From the NCBI GenBank assembly GCA_963779755.1, contig CAVZZO010000001.1:640001-704000 (forward strand): DNA of 64,000 nucleotides. The letters run 5' to 3'. The notes under the pieces were generated by a model that was not told where the DNA came from, ran no database searches, and saw nothing but the letters and a program-made list of their open reading frames with translations. A program made the position numbers and the translations under genes. The DNA comes from an uncultured Gemmatimonadales bacterium. Lineage in GTDB: Bacteria > Gemmatimonadota > Gemmatimonadetes > Gemmatimonadales > GWC2-71-9. Shown piece by piece: positions 9,929 through 20,450 of the stretch; the first letter of the stretch is position 1, and the number at the start of each line of letters is the position of its first letter.

Positions 9929-12900
9929 ATGCGCTCCTTCACGGACATCTTCATCCGGCACCCGGTGCTGGCGGCGGTGGTCAACCTGGTGATCGTGCTG
10001 GTGGGCTGGCGCGCCCTGACCACCCTGCCGGTCCAGCAGTACCCGAAGATCGAAAGTTCCTCGGTGGTGATCACCACGGTCTACTACGGCGCCAGCGCCG
10101 AGACGGTCCGCGGGTTCCTCACCACGCCGATCGAGCGGGCGGTCTCGGCCATCAGCGGTGTGGACTATGTCGAGTCCACCAGCCGGGCCGGGCTCAGCAC
10201 CATCACCGTTCACCTCAAGCTGAACCACAACAGCACGGCGGCGCTGGCCGAAGTGACCGCCCGGCTGCAACAGGTCCGGGCCGAGCTGCCCGAGGAGGCG
10301 GAACCGCCGGTGGTCGAGGTGCAGCGGGCCGACCGGCCGTACGCTTCATTCTATCTGAGCTTCACCTCGAGCGAACGCGATATCCCGGCGCTCACCGACT
10401 GGCTCTCGCGGACCCTGCAGCCCCAGCTCAGCACCTTGCAGGGCGTGCAGCGGGTGGACGTGGTCGGCGGGCGGGCGATCGCCATGAGGATCTGGATCGA
10501 CCCGGATCGTCTGGCCGCGCTCAATCTGGCGCCCGGCGACGTCTATGCCGCGTTGAAGCGGAACAATTATCTCGCCGCGGTGGGGCAGACCAAGGGCAAC
10601 CTGGTCCAGATCAATCTCCTGGCCAACACCGACCTGCGCTCGGCCGGGGAGTTCAGGAATCTGATCGTGGCCGAGCGGAACGGGGCGGTGGTGCGGCTCT
10701 CCGACGTGGCCCGCGTGGAGCTGGGTTCGGAAGAGCCGGACATGATCGCCAAGTTCAGCGGGAAGGAGGCGGTCTACCTAGGCGTCTGGCCGCTGGTGGG
10801 CAGCAACGAGATCGAGGTGGCGCACCGGCTGCAGGCCGAGATGGACCGCATCCGGCCGACGCTGCCCAAGGACATCGACATGGAGCTGGCGTACGACGCC
10901 ACCGTCTTCATGCGAGACGCCCTGCACGAGATCACCAAGACCCTGGCCGAAACGGTCCTGATCGTCGGCCTGGTGGTGTTCCTCTTCATGGGGTCGGTGC
11001 GGACCGCGCTGGTCCCGCTCATCGCCATGCCGGTGTCGCTGGTGGGCGCGGCGATCGTGATGTGGGCGTTCGGCTTCAGCCTGAACCTCCTCACCATCCT
11101 GGCCATCGTCCTGTCGGTGGGCCTGGTGGTGGACGACGCCATCGTGGTGGTGGAGAACGTGGAACGGCACGTCCGGGAAGGCAAAACCCGGCTGCAGGCG
11201 GCCCTGGTCGGCGCCCGCGAGCTGCTCGGGCCCATCATCGCCATGACGATTACGCTGGCGGCGGTGTACACCCCGATCGGTTTCCAGGGCGGCCTTACCG
11301 GCTCGCTGTTCCTCGAGTTTGCCATCACGCTGGCCGCCGCGGTGGTCGTGTCCGGCATCGTGGCCATCACCCTTTCGCCCGTCATGAGCTCCCGGCTGGT
11401 GCACCCGCGCGGGCGCGAGGGCCGGCTGACCGCCCTGGTGAATCGCGGCTTCGAGGCGGTGCGCCGGCGCTACGAGAAGGTGCTGGACGGTGCGCTCCGG
11501 ATGCGCTGGGCGGTGGTGGCCGCCGCCGTCCTGATCATGATCGGGGCGTGGCCGCTGTATCACTACTCCAAGCGGGAACTCGCGCCGATCGAGGACCAGA
11601 GCCATATCAGCCTCTTCATGCAGGCCGCGCCGGACGCCTCGCTGGCCGCGACCAACAAGGCCTCGCTCCAGGTGGTGAAGACGATCACCGCCTTCCCCGA
11701 GGCGAAGTTCATGTGGTCGCTGGTGGGGTCCTGGGGCGGATTCGGCGGCATGGTCGCGAAGAACTGGAAGGAACGGGACCGGACCACGCCCCAGATGTAC
11801 GGGCAGGTCTACGGCGCCGTGTCGCAGATTCCCGGGCTGCAGGTCTTCCCCCGGCTGGACCCGCCGCTCCCCACGCCCGGCCAGTATGACGTGGAGCTGG
11901 TGCTGGAGAGCGATGCACCGCCCGAGCAGATGCTGCAGACGGCCAACGCGGTCATGGGTGCGGGCTGGCAGAGCGGGAAGTTCCTCTACGTGGACACCGA
12001 CCTGAAGATGGATCTGCCGCAGGCTCGGGTGGTGATCGATCGTGACCAGGTCGCCGACCTGGGCCTCGACCTGGCCACCGTGGGCCGCGAGCTGGGAATC
12101 CTGCTGGGCGGCGGGTACGTCAACCGGTTCAACTATTTCGACCGGAGCTACAAGGTCATTCCCCAGATCGGCGACAAGGACCGCACGACGGTAGGGCCAC
12201 TGCTCGATCTCAAGATCAAGACGCCCAGCGGCCGGCTGGTGCCGGTCTCGACCTTCACCCATATCGAGTCGAGCACGGCGCCCCGCACGCTCAACCGGTT
12301 CCAGCAGCGGAACGCGGTTCGCATCTTCGGCGGCGTGCAGCCGGGCGTCACCAAGGAAGAAGGGCTGCGCGTGCTGGAGAACGCCGCGCGGGCGGCGGGC
12401 GGGCCCGGCGTCTCGCTGGATTACGCCGGCGAGTCCCGCCAGATCCGGCTGGAGGGCGGGACCCTGACGGTGACGCTGGGCTTTGCCGTGGTGCTCATCT
12501 ACCTCGTGCTGGCGGCCCAGTTCAAGAGCTTCCGGGACCCGCTCATCGTGCTGGTGGGGTCGGTGCCGCTGGCCATCTCCGGCGCCCTGGTCTTCAGCTT
12601 TCTCGACCTGACGACGATCAACATCTACTCCCAGGTCGGCCTCATCACCCTGGTGGGTCTGATCGCCAAGAACGGCATTCTGATCGTCCAGTTCGCCAAT
12701 GCCCGCCAGGCGGAGGGCGTGGCCAAGCTGGCCGCGCTGCGGGAGGCCTCGCTCACGCGGCTGCGGCCGGTGCTCATGACCTCGGCGGCCACCGTGTTCG
12801 GCCACTTCCCCCTGGTGCTGGCCACCGGTCCGGGATCGGCGGCGCGGAACAGCATCGGCACCGTTCTGGTGGCCGGCATGACGGTGGGCACGCTCTTCAC

Positions 12901-13021
12901 CCTGTTCGTGGTGCCGGTGTTCTACTCGCTCATCGCCGCGGACCACGCCCCCGACCGCAGCGCGGCCGAGGAGCTGGTCCCGGTGGAACCCTCACTGGTG
13001 CAGGAGGCGGTCCATGCGTAG
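9929..13021 (+). CDS. RND efflux permease (AcrB/AcrD/AcrF family)
   Basis: 1030 aa; GLVVDDAIVVVENV, AKNGILIV, RLRPVLMT motifs. Confidence 0.97.
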   Translation: MRSFTDIFIRHPVLAAVVNLVIVLVGWRALTTLPVQQYPKIESSSVVITTVYYGASAETVRGFLTTPIERAVSAISGVDYVESTSRAGLSTITVHLKLNHNSTAALAEVTARLQQVRAELPEEAEPPVVEVQRADRPYASFYLSFTSSERDIPALTDWLSRTLQPQLSTLQGVQRVDVVGGRAIAMRIWIDPDRLAALNLAPGDVYAALKRNNYLAAVGQTKGNLVQINLLANTDLRSAGEFRNLIVAERNGAVVRLSDVARVELGSEEPDMIAKFSGKEAVYLGVWPLVGSNEIEVAHRLQAEMDRIRPTLPKDIDMELAYDATVFMRDALHEITKTLAETVLIVGLVVFLFMGSVRTALVPLIAMPVSLVGAAIVMWAFGFSLNLLTILAIVLSVGLVVDDAIVVVENVERHVREGKTRLQAALVGARELLGPIIAMTITLAAVYTPIGFQGGLTGSLFLEFAITLAAAVVVSGIVAITLSPVMSSRLVHPRGREGRLTALVNRGFEAVRRRYEKVLDGALRMRWAVVAAAVLIMIGAWPLYHYSKRELAPIEDQSHISLFMQAAPDASLAATNKASLQVVKTITAFPEAKFMWSLVGSWGGFGGMVAKNWKERDRTTPQMYGQVYGAVSQIPGLQVFPRLDPPLPTPGQYDVELVLESDAPPEQMLQTANAVMGAGWQSGKFLYVDTDLKMDLPQARVVIDRDQVADLGLDLATVGRELGILLGGGYVNRFNYFDRSYKVIPQIGDKDRTTVGPLLDLKIKTPSGRLVPVSTFTHIESSTAPRTLNRFQQRNAVRIFGGVQPGVTKEEGLRVLENAARAAGGPGVSLDYAGESRQIRLEGGTLTVTLGFAVVLIYLVLAAQFKSFRDPLIVLVGSVPLAISGALVFSFLDLTTINIYSQVGLITLVGLIAKNGILIVQFANARQAEGVAKLAALREASLTRLRPVLMTSAATVFGHFPLVLATGPGSAARNSIGTVLVAGMTVGTLFTLFVVPVFYSLIAADHAPDRSAAEELVPVEPSLVQEAVHA

Positions 13022-14447
13022 CGCGCTGCTGCCGGTGTTCCTCGCGCTCTACGGATGCGCTTCGGCTCCGGCTTATCAACCGACCGCGGTGGCTCTCCCG
13101 CCCGCCTTTCAGGAAGCGCGGGTTCAAGACCGGCCGGCGCCGTATGTGGCGATCCGGGACACCGTGCCGGGGGCGGCGGAGGCCCCCACTCCGACTCCCG
13201 TCGAGTACTGGCGGGAGCTGGGCGACACGACTCTGAGCCGGCTGGTGGAGGAGGTCGCGAACAGCAATCTCGATCTCGCCGCCGCCCGGTCGCGGGTGAG
13301 TGCCGAACGTTCGGAACGGAACCGGGCGCTCCTGGACCTCACGCCGTCGGCCACCTTCGCGGGCTCCTATTCCCGGCAGCGCCTTTCGGCCGCCGGGTTC
13401 CCCGGCGCCTCGGGCCCTTTCCCCGACCAGAACGTGTGGCAGGCGGGGTTCGACGCCTCGTGGGAGCTGGATGTGTTCGGCCGACTGCAACGATCGGTGC
13501 AGGCGCACGGCGCCCTGGTCGGGGCCGCGGAGGCAAGCCTGCGGGATGCCACGGTCTCCCTCACCGCCGAGTTGGCGCGGGCCTATTTCGAGCTGCGCGG
13601 AGCGCAGGAACAGCTGGCGGTCGCCCGGCGGAATGCGGAAAACCAGCGTCAGACGATGCTGGTCGCCCAGGAACGGCTGGACGCCGGCCAGGGCACCGCG
13701 TTCGATACCGACCGGGCGCAGGCCCAGCTCAGCTCCACCCTGGCGTCCATCCCGGAGCGGGAGGCGCGGGTGGCCGCCGCGCAGTACCGGATCGGGGTTC
13801 TGGTCGGACGCTCGCCGACCGAGGTTGCGCGCGAGCTGGAGACGCCGGCGGCGCTGCCGGCGCTGCCGGACGTCGTGCCGGTGGATAATCCCGATTCGGT
13901 GGTCCGGTACCGGCCCGATGTAGCGGCGGCGGAGCGGATGGCGGCGGCGCGCCACGCCCAGGTGGGCGCGGCCAAAGCCGAGTACCTCCCCCGGATCACC
14001 ATCGGGGGAGCCGCCGGCTACTCTTCGGCCGCCTTCAACTCCCTCGGCAATGACGGCACCTTCCGGTACGCGGTCGGGCCGGTCATTACCTGGCCGGGAC
14101 TCAACCTGGGCCGGGTGCGCGCCGCCGTGCAGACCTCCGAGGCCCAGGAAGAGGAGGCGCGCTCCGAGTATCGCCGCACGGTGCTCCAGGCCGTGCAGGA
14201 AATGGAAACGGCCCTGGCGAATTACCGGGCGGCGCGCCGGCGGGTGGCCCGGCTGGAGGAAGCCAGCGCCGCGAGCGGCCGCGCCGCCGACCTGGCGCGG
14301 TTGCGGTTCAAGGAAGGGGTCACCGATTTTCTCCAGGTGCTGGACGCCGAGCGGACCCAGCTGGCCGCGGAGGACCTGCTGGCCCAGGGGCGGATCGACG
14401 CTGCCACCGCGTATGCCGCCCTGTATAAAGCGATGGGAGGGCGCTGA
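13014..14447 (+). CDS. Efflux outer-membrane lipoprotein (NodT/OprM family)
   Basis: Lipobox LYGC; ASWELDVFG, RPDVAAAER, LYKAMGG motifs. Confidence 0.95.
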   Translation: MRSALLPVFLALYGCASAPAYQPTAVALPPAFQEARVQDRPAPYVAIRDTVPGAAEAPTPTPVEYWRELGDTTLSRLVEEVANSNLDLAAARSRVSAERSERNRALLDLTPSATFAGSYSRQRLSAAGFPGASGPFPDQNVWQAGFDASWELDVFGRLQRSVQAHGALVGAAEASLRDATVSLTAELARAYFELRGAQEQLAVARRNAENQRQTMLVAQERLDAGQGTAFDTDRAQAQLSSTLASIPEREARVAAAQYRIGVLVGRSPTEVARELETPAALPALPDVVPVDNPDSVVRYRPDVAAAERMAAARHAQVGAAKAEYLPRITIGGAAGYSSAAFNSLGNDGTFRYAVGPVITWPGLNLGRVRAAVQTSEAQEEEARSEYRRTVLQAVQEMETALANYRAARRRVARLEEASAASGRAADLARLRFKEGVTDFLQVLDAERTQLAAEDLLAQGRIDAATAYAALYKAMGGR

Positions 14448-14751
14448 GATGCGTCCACGCAGGGCTGATGTCTCCGGCAGCTGCCGGCAAGGGCATTCCG
14501 ACCCCCGTCCATAAGACGGTGTACGTGGCGCTCAAACGGGAAGACGAAAGGGCAGAGGCCGGGTCCATGGAACGATGGACCGGTGTCTCGGCGCCCAAAG
14601 CGACGGGTGAAGAGGTTCAGGTGCCGGACCCGGAGCGGACCCGGATGGCTCAGGGGCGGGTGGATGCCGCCACCGGACAGGCCGCCCTGTACAAAACGAT
14701 GGGAGGGCGCCGAGATTAGGGCGGTACCGCCGATCCCGGAGATGTGGTCAG

Positions 14752-14994
14752 ATGGCGAAGCGCCTTCAGGTCTATGAAAGCAGGGAAATCACCGTGACCT
14801 TCGATCCGGAGGCATGCGTCCATTCGGGCGTGTGCCTCCGCGGCCTTCCGGCGGTATTCGATATCAAACGCAAGCGCTGGATTCGCCCGGAGCTGGCGCC
14901 CGCGGCGGACGTGGCCGAGCTGGTATCGCGCTGTCCTTCCGGCGCGCTGCAGTACCGGTGGACCAACCCACCCGGCAGTTCGGAACCCGGCTGA
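14752..14994 (+). CDS. Divergent 4Fe-4S mono-cluster protein (YjdI-like)
   Basis: CVHSGVC..PAVF..WIRP..CPSGAL. Confidence 0.9.
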   Translation: MAKRLQVYESREITVTFDPEACVHSGVCLRGLPAVFDIKRKRWIRPELAPAADVAELVSRCPSGALQYRWTNPPGSSEPG

Positions 14995-15263
14995 GCCGGC
15001 TTTTCCGCGTTCCGCACCTCCCGTCCTCCTACCTTCACCGCCTTCCCGCTCCCGGATCGGGGGCCGCGATAACCAGGAGGCCCTGGGTTTCTCCCGGCAG
15101 CGACCGAAGCTGGCGGAGGAAGCTCTCTTCGATCCGCGTTCCGAGCCGGCGTGCCGGTTCGCCCCTGCGCAAGCGGGGGATCTCCTGAACTTCCAGCCGC
15201 TGGCTGGCGAGCGAAGTGCGCCTCAGCTGCCGGCGCCTGGCGAACACCTGTGCTCCGTTCGCC

Positions 15264-15857
15264 TCAAGGACGGCTGGGCCTCAGCGGAGTCCTGACCGGC
15301 CCGCGTTTGTCGGCTGCACGCGCGGGTGAGGCGGCGCCGGCTGCGGAGTAGCTGAGCCGCCCCCTGACAAATCGCGCCGCGGCCGTGTAGGGGTGGGGGG
15401 CCGTCGAGCCCGGCCCCAGGATATGGACCACCTCAAACTGGAGCGACCGGAGCGCATCGGCAATCAGCCCGCGGTGACAGCGCCACCAGAGGGCCTCGGC
15501 ACAGAGGATCGAGGTGCGTAGCCCCGAGGCCAGGTTTACGAGCCGGTCCAGCCCTTCAGCAAATTCCTCAGTCGCCATGTAATCCGCGTAGCCGCGGAAC
15601 GCCGCGCTGCGCCACGCCGTGTTCGGTGAATCCGCACTTGGGGTGCGCCGCCCCCCCAGCTCTGGAAACCATAGATAGAGGAGCCCGCGGGTCTCGATCG
15701 CCAGCCCGAGAGGTTCCCGAGCGAAGTGGGGCCAGCGACGGGAGCCTGGATAACGCCGGACGTCTGCCACCGCCTCAATCCGGTTCGCGGTGAGGAGCTC
15801 GAGAAGCCCCTCAAGAGGGCGCGTCGAATGCCCGATGGTCCATATCGTCTCGGCCAT
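15264..15857 (-). CDS. DUF488 family protein
   Basis: WTIGHSTR, ADVRRYPGSRR, LGGRR, FRGYADYM, CAEALWWRCHR. Confidence 0.92.
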   Translation of the reverse strand: MAETIWTIGHSTRPLEGLLELLTANRIEAVADVRRYPGSRRWPHFAREPLGLAIETRGLLYLWFPELGGRRTPSADSPNTAWRSAAFRGYADYMATEEFAEGLDRLVNLASGLRTSILCAEALWWRCHRGLIADALRSLQFEVVHILGPGSTAPHPYTAAARFVRGRLSYSAAGAASPARAADKRGPVRTPLRPSRP

Positions 15858-16195
15858 ACCCACCTGTCCAGCCCGCTCGTGGCGTCCGCCTGACGCATCG
15901 CGCCTCTGCGGCGGGGCTCTGCCGCCCCCATCGCGGCTATCATCTCAAAAGTACTTGCGGCCGGCCCCGGCGGCAGCGAGCGCTGGTTCGCTGGCACGCC
16001 TTGCCGCCCCGAGACCAGTCGGTGCGCACCCGAGCGCCAGCTTCTGTCAAGTATGGTGCGGCTGTCGGCACACCAGCCGCGCTGTGGCTGGAGGAGCGCA
16101 ATCGTTGTGGCCACCCGTTGGCGGTGGGCCACGAGCACGCCTCGGCGAGCAGGATACGTGTGATCGCCTTTCACCACCAGCTCACGCAGCCTCCC

Positions 16196-16295
16196 ATCTA
16201 ACGACTCAGCATTCCGCTCACACGGAGGAGACGGACCAACGTGCCCAGCCCGGCGGGGGCTGTCCTGCCGGTGCGGAGTGCGATGACCGTCGGGA
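16196..16295 (-). other. Degenerate attC site
   Basis: ATCTAAC..GCATTCCGC / GCGGAGTGC..GTCGGGA inverted arms. Confidence 0.45.
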
Positions 16296-16467
16296 GTCAC
16301 GGCTAAACCAGGTTTGTCCGCAGCTTCACCAATTCCTCATGACCACCGTGGGATCATAGATCCGGTCGTTCACGGGGACACTCAGCGCCGTCGCAGCGGC
16401 CGGCGGGACGAAACGCGGCGAACGGCAGTGATCGCAGGATTCACGACTGGTCGAGAAAGGACACCGT

Positions 16468-16617
16468 ATGTTGCTCACGATCGCGGTCATCCTTGTAGTC
16501 CTCTGGCTTCTCGGCGCCTTCGTAGTGCCAGTGGGCGGCAGTCTGATTCATCTGCTTCTGGTCATCGCCCTGATTGCCCTCATTTGGCATTTCCTGAGCG
16601 GCCGGCGGAGTATTTGA
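16468..16617 (+). CDS. Small membrane protein (lmo0937/DUF5670-like)
   Basis: MLLTIAVILVVLWLLGAFVVPVGGSLIHLLLVIALIALIWHFLSGRRSI; RBS AAAGGA. Confidence 0.85.
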   Translation: MLLTIAVILVVLWLLGAFVVPVGGSLIHLLLVIALIALIWHFLSGRRSI

Positions 16618-16761
16618 CCATCGCCCTCGGGCGGGCCGCGAGTGCCGAGGCAGCCCCCATCCTGGCGATGTCATGACGGTGGGCCAACGACCCGCGTGGA
16701 TTCGCGCGGAGCGGCGGCGCCTTCGCAATCCACGGCCCCTCCCGGCTCAATGTCCGGTGGA

Positions 16762-17121
16762 TCAGGGAACCGAGCGGCTCTCCTCTCGCAAGACGGCCAG
16801 GCTGGTGGAGCCGAGCGTGAACAGCGCCTCGAACCTTCCTTTCACGCCGATCTTCGAGCCGGTGCGAGGGGGGCTGGCCTGCGCGCTCAGGACCGGCAGG
16901 GTGCCCGTCGCGTCCCGGACCTGATAAGCACCGAGCCCGAACCCTCCTGCCGCCTCCCGCACCTCCCCCTCGATGCGCACGGTCTTCCCATCGTAGCGTG
17001 CCGCGTTGTCGAGCAGATCGCCGATCGGCGTCACCGAAGCACATCCGGCGAGTAGGGCGAGGGTACCAGCCGACAGCACCAGGGGAATCAATCGACGGAG
17101 GCGGTGGAGAGCAGTAGACAT
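16762..17121 (-). CDS. OB-fold-like lipoprotein, probable cassette gene
   Basis: Lipobox LAGC; TVRIEGEV..YQVRDATGTLPV; RBS CAGGAG. Confidence 0.7.
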   Translation of the reverse strand: MSTALHRLRRLIPLVLSAGTLALLAGCASVTPIGDLLDNAARYDGKTVRIEGEVREAAGGFGLGAYQVRDATGTLPVLSAQASPPRTGSKIGVKGRFEALFTLGSTSLAVLREESRSVP

Positions 17122-17229
17122 AGTCTGCTCCTGACGGGAATCTCGTTGTCTCGCGGATGGGGTAAGCCGAATATGGCGTCGCGTGGGTTCGCAGCCAGAG
17201 GCCACCATGGACCCACAAGCCGGTACGTC

Positions 17230-17303
17230 CGTCTACTGCCCAAGCTAACCTGCCGCCCCGGAGTGAAGCGTAGGGGTGGTCAGGTTCATCGCCTTGTTGG
17301 GCG
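17230..17303 (-). other. attC site with a slightly degenerate R' box
   Basis: Minus strand GCCCAACAAGGCGATGAACCTGAC..GCAGGTTAGCTTGGGCAGTAGAC. Confidence 0.6.
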
Positions 17304-17485
17304 GTATGAAGCCGTGGCCGCCAGCACTGAAGTTGTGGGCTTCGCGATGGCTGACCGCCGCCCATTTTCTGGGAACCCGCGCTCGGAAGCCGGGCCGCCG
17401 GCCGGGCCAGCGGCTGAAGGGTTGGAGCTGAAGATATGGTTTCGGCCCCTTCGCTGCGCTCACGGCGATAACGTGCGTCCGGCGC

Positions 17486-18301
17486 TCACCGCTCACCGTC
17501 CAGGGGCGTGAAGCCCCGGTGCCCCACATGGAGGGAGACCGTCTTGCGGCGGGGAGATCCTCGTCCGGCTCGTCCCGCCCCTCGCGTTTCGCTCGAGGCA
17601 GGCTTCCCGTCTTCCCGCCTTCCCGTCTTCCCGCCTCTTTGCTGTCGGAGCAGCATCGCTGCGAGGACCGCGTACCAGAGGTTGGTGGCGTACTGGGACG
17701 CGCGCTCGCTCGCGCCCATCCACGGCGTCGCTTGATTCACCATCACGGCGGAGACGTACGAAAATCCGATGACCGCGAACACGGACGTGAAGAGGATGGT
17801 GGAAACGGTGTACACGCGGAACCAGCCCCGGTAGGCGACGGCACCCAGCACCACCGCCGTCAGCAGGAAGGGATCGATCGCCAGCAGCCCGTGCATCAGG
17901 TCCGTGAACGTGGGCTGCGTCCCCCGCATGTGCATCGGGAAGAAGTTCCAGAGCACCAGCGCGTCGAGCGCGTTCAGCGCCATCATCACGGCCATCACCC
18001 GAACCAGCCGCCGGCCGTTGGCCGACCTCCAGATCCCGATGGCAAAGAGCAGCAGCAGGGTGCTCGACAGGCTGAACAGCGCCACCACGAGCCGGCTGGT
18101 GGGCGCCCCGATCGCGAAGAGCTCGCTCACCGCCTGGTCCCGGTAGCTGAACCCGGGATAGAGACGCGCCGCGACGATGTCTGCCAGGGGGTAGAGCGCC
18201 GCGGCCACCATCCCGCATACCAGTAGCCAGCGCCGGAGCGAGGCGCCGGGCACCCCGGTTGACGCTGCTCTGCCGGGAGATTGCGTGCTTGCGCTGGTCA
18301 T
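17486..18301 (-). CDS. DUF998-like membrane protein
   Basis: [21 protein letters not shown]; several TM segments; PWMGASER. Confidence 0.8.
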   Translation of the reverse strand: MTSASTQSPGRAASTGVPGASLRRWLLVCGMVAAALYPLADIVAARLYPGFSYRDQAVSELFAIGAPTSRLVVALFSLSSTLLLLFAIGIWRSANGRRLVRVMAVMMALNALDALVLWNFFPMHMRGTQPTFTDLMHGLLAIDPFLLTAVVLGAVAYRGWFRVYTVSTILFTSVFAVIGFSYVSAVMVNQATPWMGASERASQYATNLWYAVLAAMLLRQQRGGKTGRREDGKPASSETRGAGRAGRGSPRRKTVSLHVGHRGFTPLDGER

Positions 18302-18663
18302 TGGGCAGTTCCTCTCCTGGAAGCTGCCGGCATCCGGCGCAAGACGTCGTGAGGCTGACGTGAAGAAAGCGCGACCGGGCCTCAGGCGCGCTTCATGACT
18401 GTCGATCTTTGGTCTCAGTCGTCTTGGCGGCTGGCCCCGGGGCAGCTTTGGCGCCTTGCAGCGCAGGGCGATGCTCCCCCCCCGGTGCGGGAGGCCGCCA
18501 TGGGCCTTCGTTACCGGTTCATCGTGCCGTCCGACGCCCCGGTTCAGCGGCAGGCCGCGACCTGGCTTGAGCCGAACCCCGGAGGGCAAGCTCCATGGAG
18601 GTCGTTCCCTCAATTGGATTGGGGCGATAGGCGGGGATGACCTGAAACCCCAGGCTTTGGAGC

Positions 18664-20385
18664 TCAGCGTCTGACGCGGGCCGGCGCCGCCGGCCGAATC
18701 CGGTAGAGGTGAAGGCGCCAGAACGACGTCGGGCTTTCGAATACCCCCATCGGGACGAGACCGAGTGCCGGCGCGTTCCTGATCGCCGCCGCCGAAATCA
18801 GGTAGCCAGCGCCCATCTCGCGAAGCGCCCCGGTATTGATCTGCAATTCCTGGATCGGCCGGACGCTGTTCTTCGGCATCAACAGGCTCCGCAGTTCGGA
18901 TGAAAAAACGTAGACCCGGCTTCCCCAGTCGTCGTAGTACTGCCGCAGCCTCGCGCTCCGGGCCAGTTCGCCGGCGATTACCGCCCGGAACCGGTGCTTG
19001 TAGGCGAGCGGGTAGTTGCTCTGGTAGCTGTCCAGCGTGTAGAAGCCGTTGAACTGGGCGATCGCGGGGTGAAGGCCGACCGACACCACCCGGTACTCGG
19101 ACTGGGGCCGGCCGATCGTGGAGTCGATCCGCGCGAACAGCCCGGGGGCGAAGAACTGCCGGAACGTCGGCATGCCCGGGCACGCGAGGCCCACGTTGCA
19201 GACGAACTCGTCGCTTCGGCGGAGGGCATCGGCCGCCACGACGATGCATGTCAGCCCGACCAATGCCAGGCCGGCGCGGCCGTGGCGGCGCAGCGCCCGG
19301 GCCGCCGCCCCGAGCAGGACGAACCAGAGCACCGGAAGCAGCCAATAGAACCGCTCGTGCACCAGCCGGGCGGCCGGTACGATGCGGCCCAGCCGGGGAA
19401 TGACGACCGGCTCATAGACGGCATACGTCACCACGATCAGCAGGATCGCGGCGCCGAGCGCGGTCATCAGGCGGAGGGTCCGGGCCGAGCGGGACCATGC
19501 CGCCGCGATGGCGGCGCAAACGATGATGGGGATAGTCGTGAAGGCCCCGGTGTGATATTGCGTCGCGCTCAGGAGCGACCACGCACGGTTTGCCAGTCCG
19601 TGCAGGCTCGCATCCCGGAACCCCGCCAGCCGGAACTCTACGCGGTGGCTGACGAAGCTTCCGCTGAGGAACCCCTGAATCAGCGGCTCCGCCGTCGCGA
19701 CGTACCCCGCGGCGAGTACCACGCATGCTGCCCAGTATCGCGCGGGGAGCGTGCGTCCGGTCGCGATCCACCACGCACCGAGGAGTCCTGCCGCTACCAC
19801 GATGAACAGGCCCGACAGCACGAGCTGCGAGTAGAAAGGCACGCCGATCAGGATCGCCCAGTCAAACCAGCGGGATCGGTTCTTCCCTATGTTCAACAGC
19901 GCGAAAAGCAACAGGGGCTGGCCGGCCACGGAGAGCCCGTAGAGTGTGTAGAACGGCACGACGGCGAAGGCGGTCGCAAGGAGCAGCGGCTCCGGCCGGT
20001 TCCGTCCCGGGAGTACGTGGCGGCGGAGCAGCAGGTACATGCCGGCGAACGCCGTGAGATGGACCGTGACATAGTTCGCGACGAACGCCCGAAACGGCGG
20101 GAGGGCCGCAAACCACCAGGCCGTCGCGTCGAACCCGGAGCGGAGCGCCCTGCGAGGGAGGCCGTTCATGACCTGCGGCAGGACGGCGTTGCCGTGGAAC
20201 AGCGTGCCGGTCCTCGCGAGCAGGACCAGATAGAGGAATTCGCCGTCCAGTTGATCGTGCACCGTCACCACGGCGTCCCAGCCGCGGAGCAGGAGGGGCA
20301 GCAGGGCCGCCAGCAGCAGGGCCGTACAGGCGATCGCCAGCAGATGGTATGCAGTGCGGGACGGCAGCGCAGCGGGCTTGTCCAT
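18664..20385 (-). CDS. Polytopic membrane protein (DUF6044-like)
   Basis: [33 protein letters not shown] motifs. Confidence 0.8.
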   Translation of the reverse strand: MDKPAALPSRTAYHLLAIACTALLLAALLPLLLRGWDAVVTVHDQLDGEFLYLVLLARTGTLFHGNAVLPQVMNGLPRRALRSGFDATAWWFAALPPFRAFVANYVTVHLTAFAGMYLLLRRHVLPGRNRPEPLLLATAFAVVPFYTLYGLSVAGQPLLLFALLNIGKNRSRWFDWAILIGVPFYSQLVLSGLFIVVAAGLLGAWWIATGRTLPARYWAACVVLAAGYVATAEPLIQGFLSGSFVSHRVEFRLAGFRDASLHGLANRAWSLLSATQYHTGAFTTIPIIVCAAIAAAWSRSARTLRLMTALGAAILLIVVTYAVYEPVVIPRLGRIVPAARLVHERFYWLLPVLWFVLLGAAARALRRHGRAGLALVGLTCIVVAADALRRSDEFVCNVGLACPGMPTFRQFFAPGLFARIDSTIGRPQSEYRVVSVGLHPAIAQFNGFYTLDSYQSNYPLAYKHRFRAVIAGELARSARLRQYYDDWGSRVYVFSSELRSLLMPKNSVRPIQELQINTGALREMGAGYLISAAAIRNAPALGLVPMGVFESPTSFWRLHLYRIRPAAPARVRR

Positions 20386-20450
20386 GACTTCCTGCTTTTC
20401 CGGGCCTGACGTGACGGGGCCTCAAGAGATGAGGGTCGCCCCCGGTCCGG

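Noticed and set aside
9805..12946. 694-aa and 722-aa ORFs overlapping the RND permease
   Set aside because: Alternative-frame and antisense shadows typical of high-GC coding DNA.
503..15143. Diversity-generating retroelement template/variable repeat pair
   Set aside because: The ~90-bp duplicate differs at non-adenine positions, lies mid-gene, and no reverse transcriptase is present in the window.
18302..19345. Long N-terminal part of the 619-aa ORF 17486-19345
   Set aside because: It overlaps the DUF6044-like gene out of frame and crosses an intergenic gap; the real start is near 18301.
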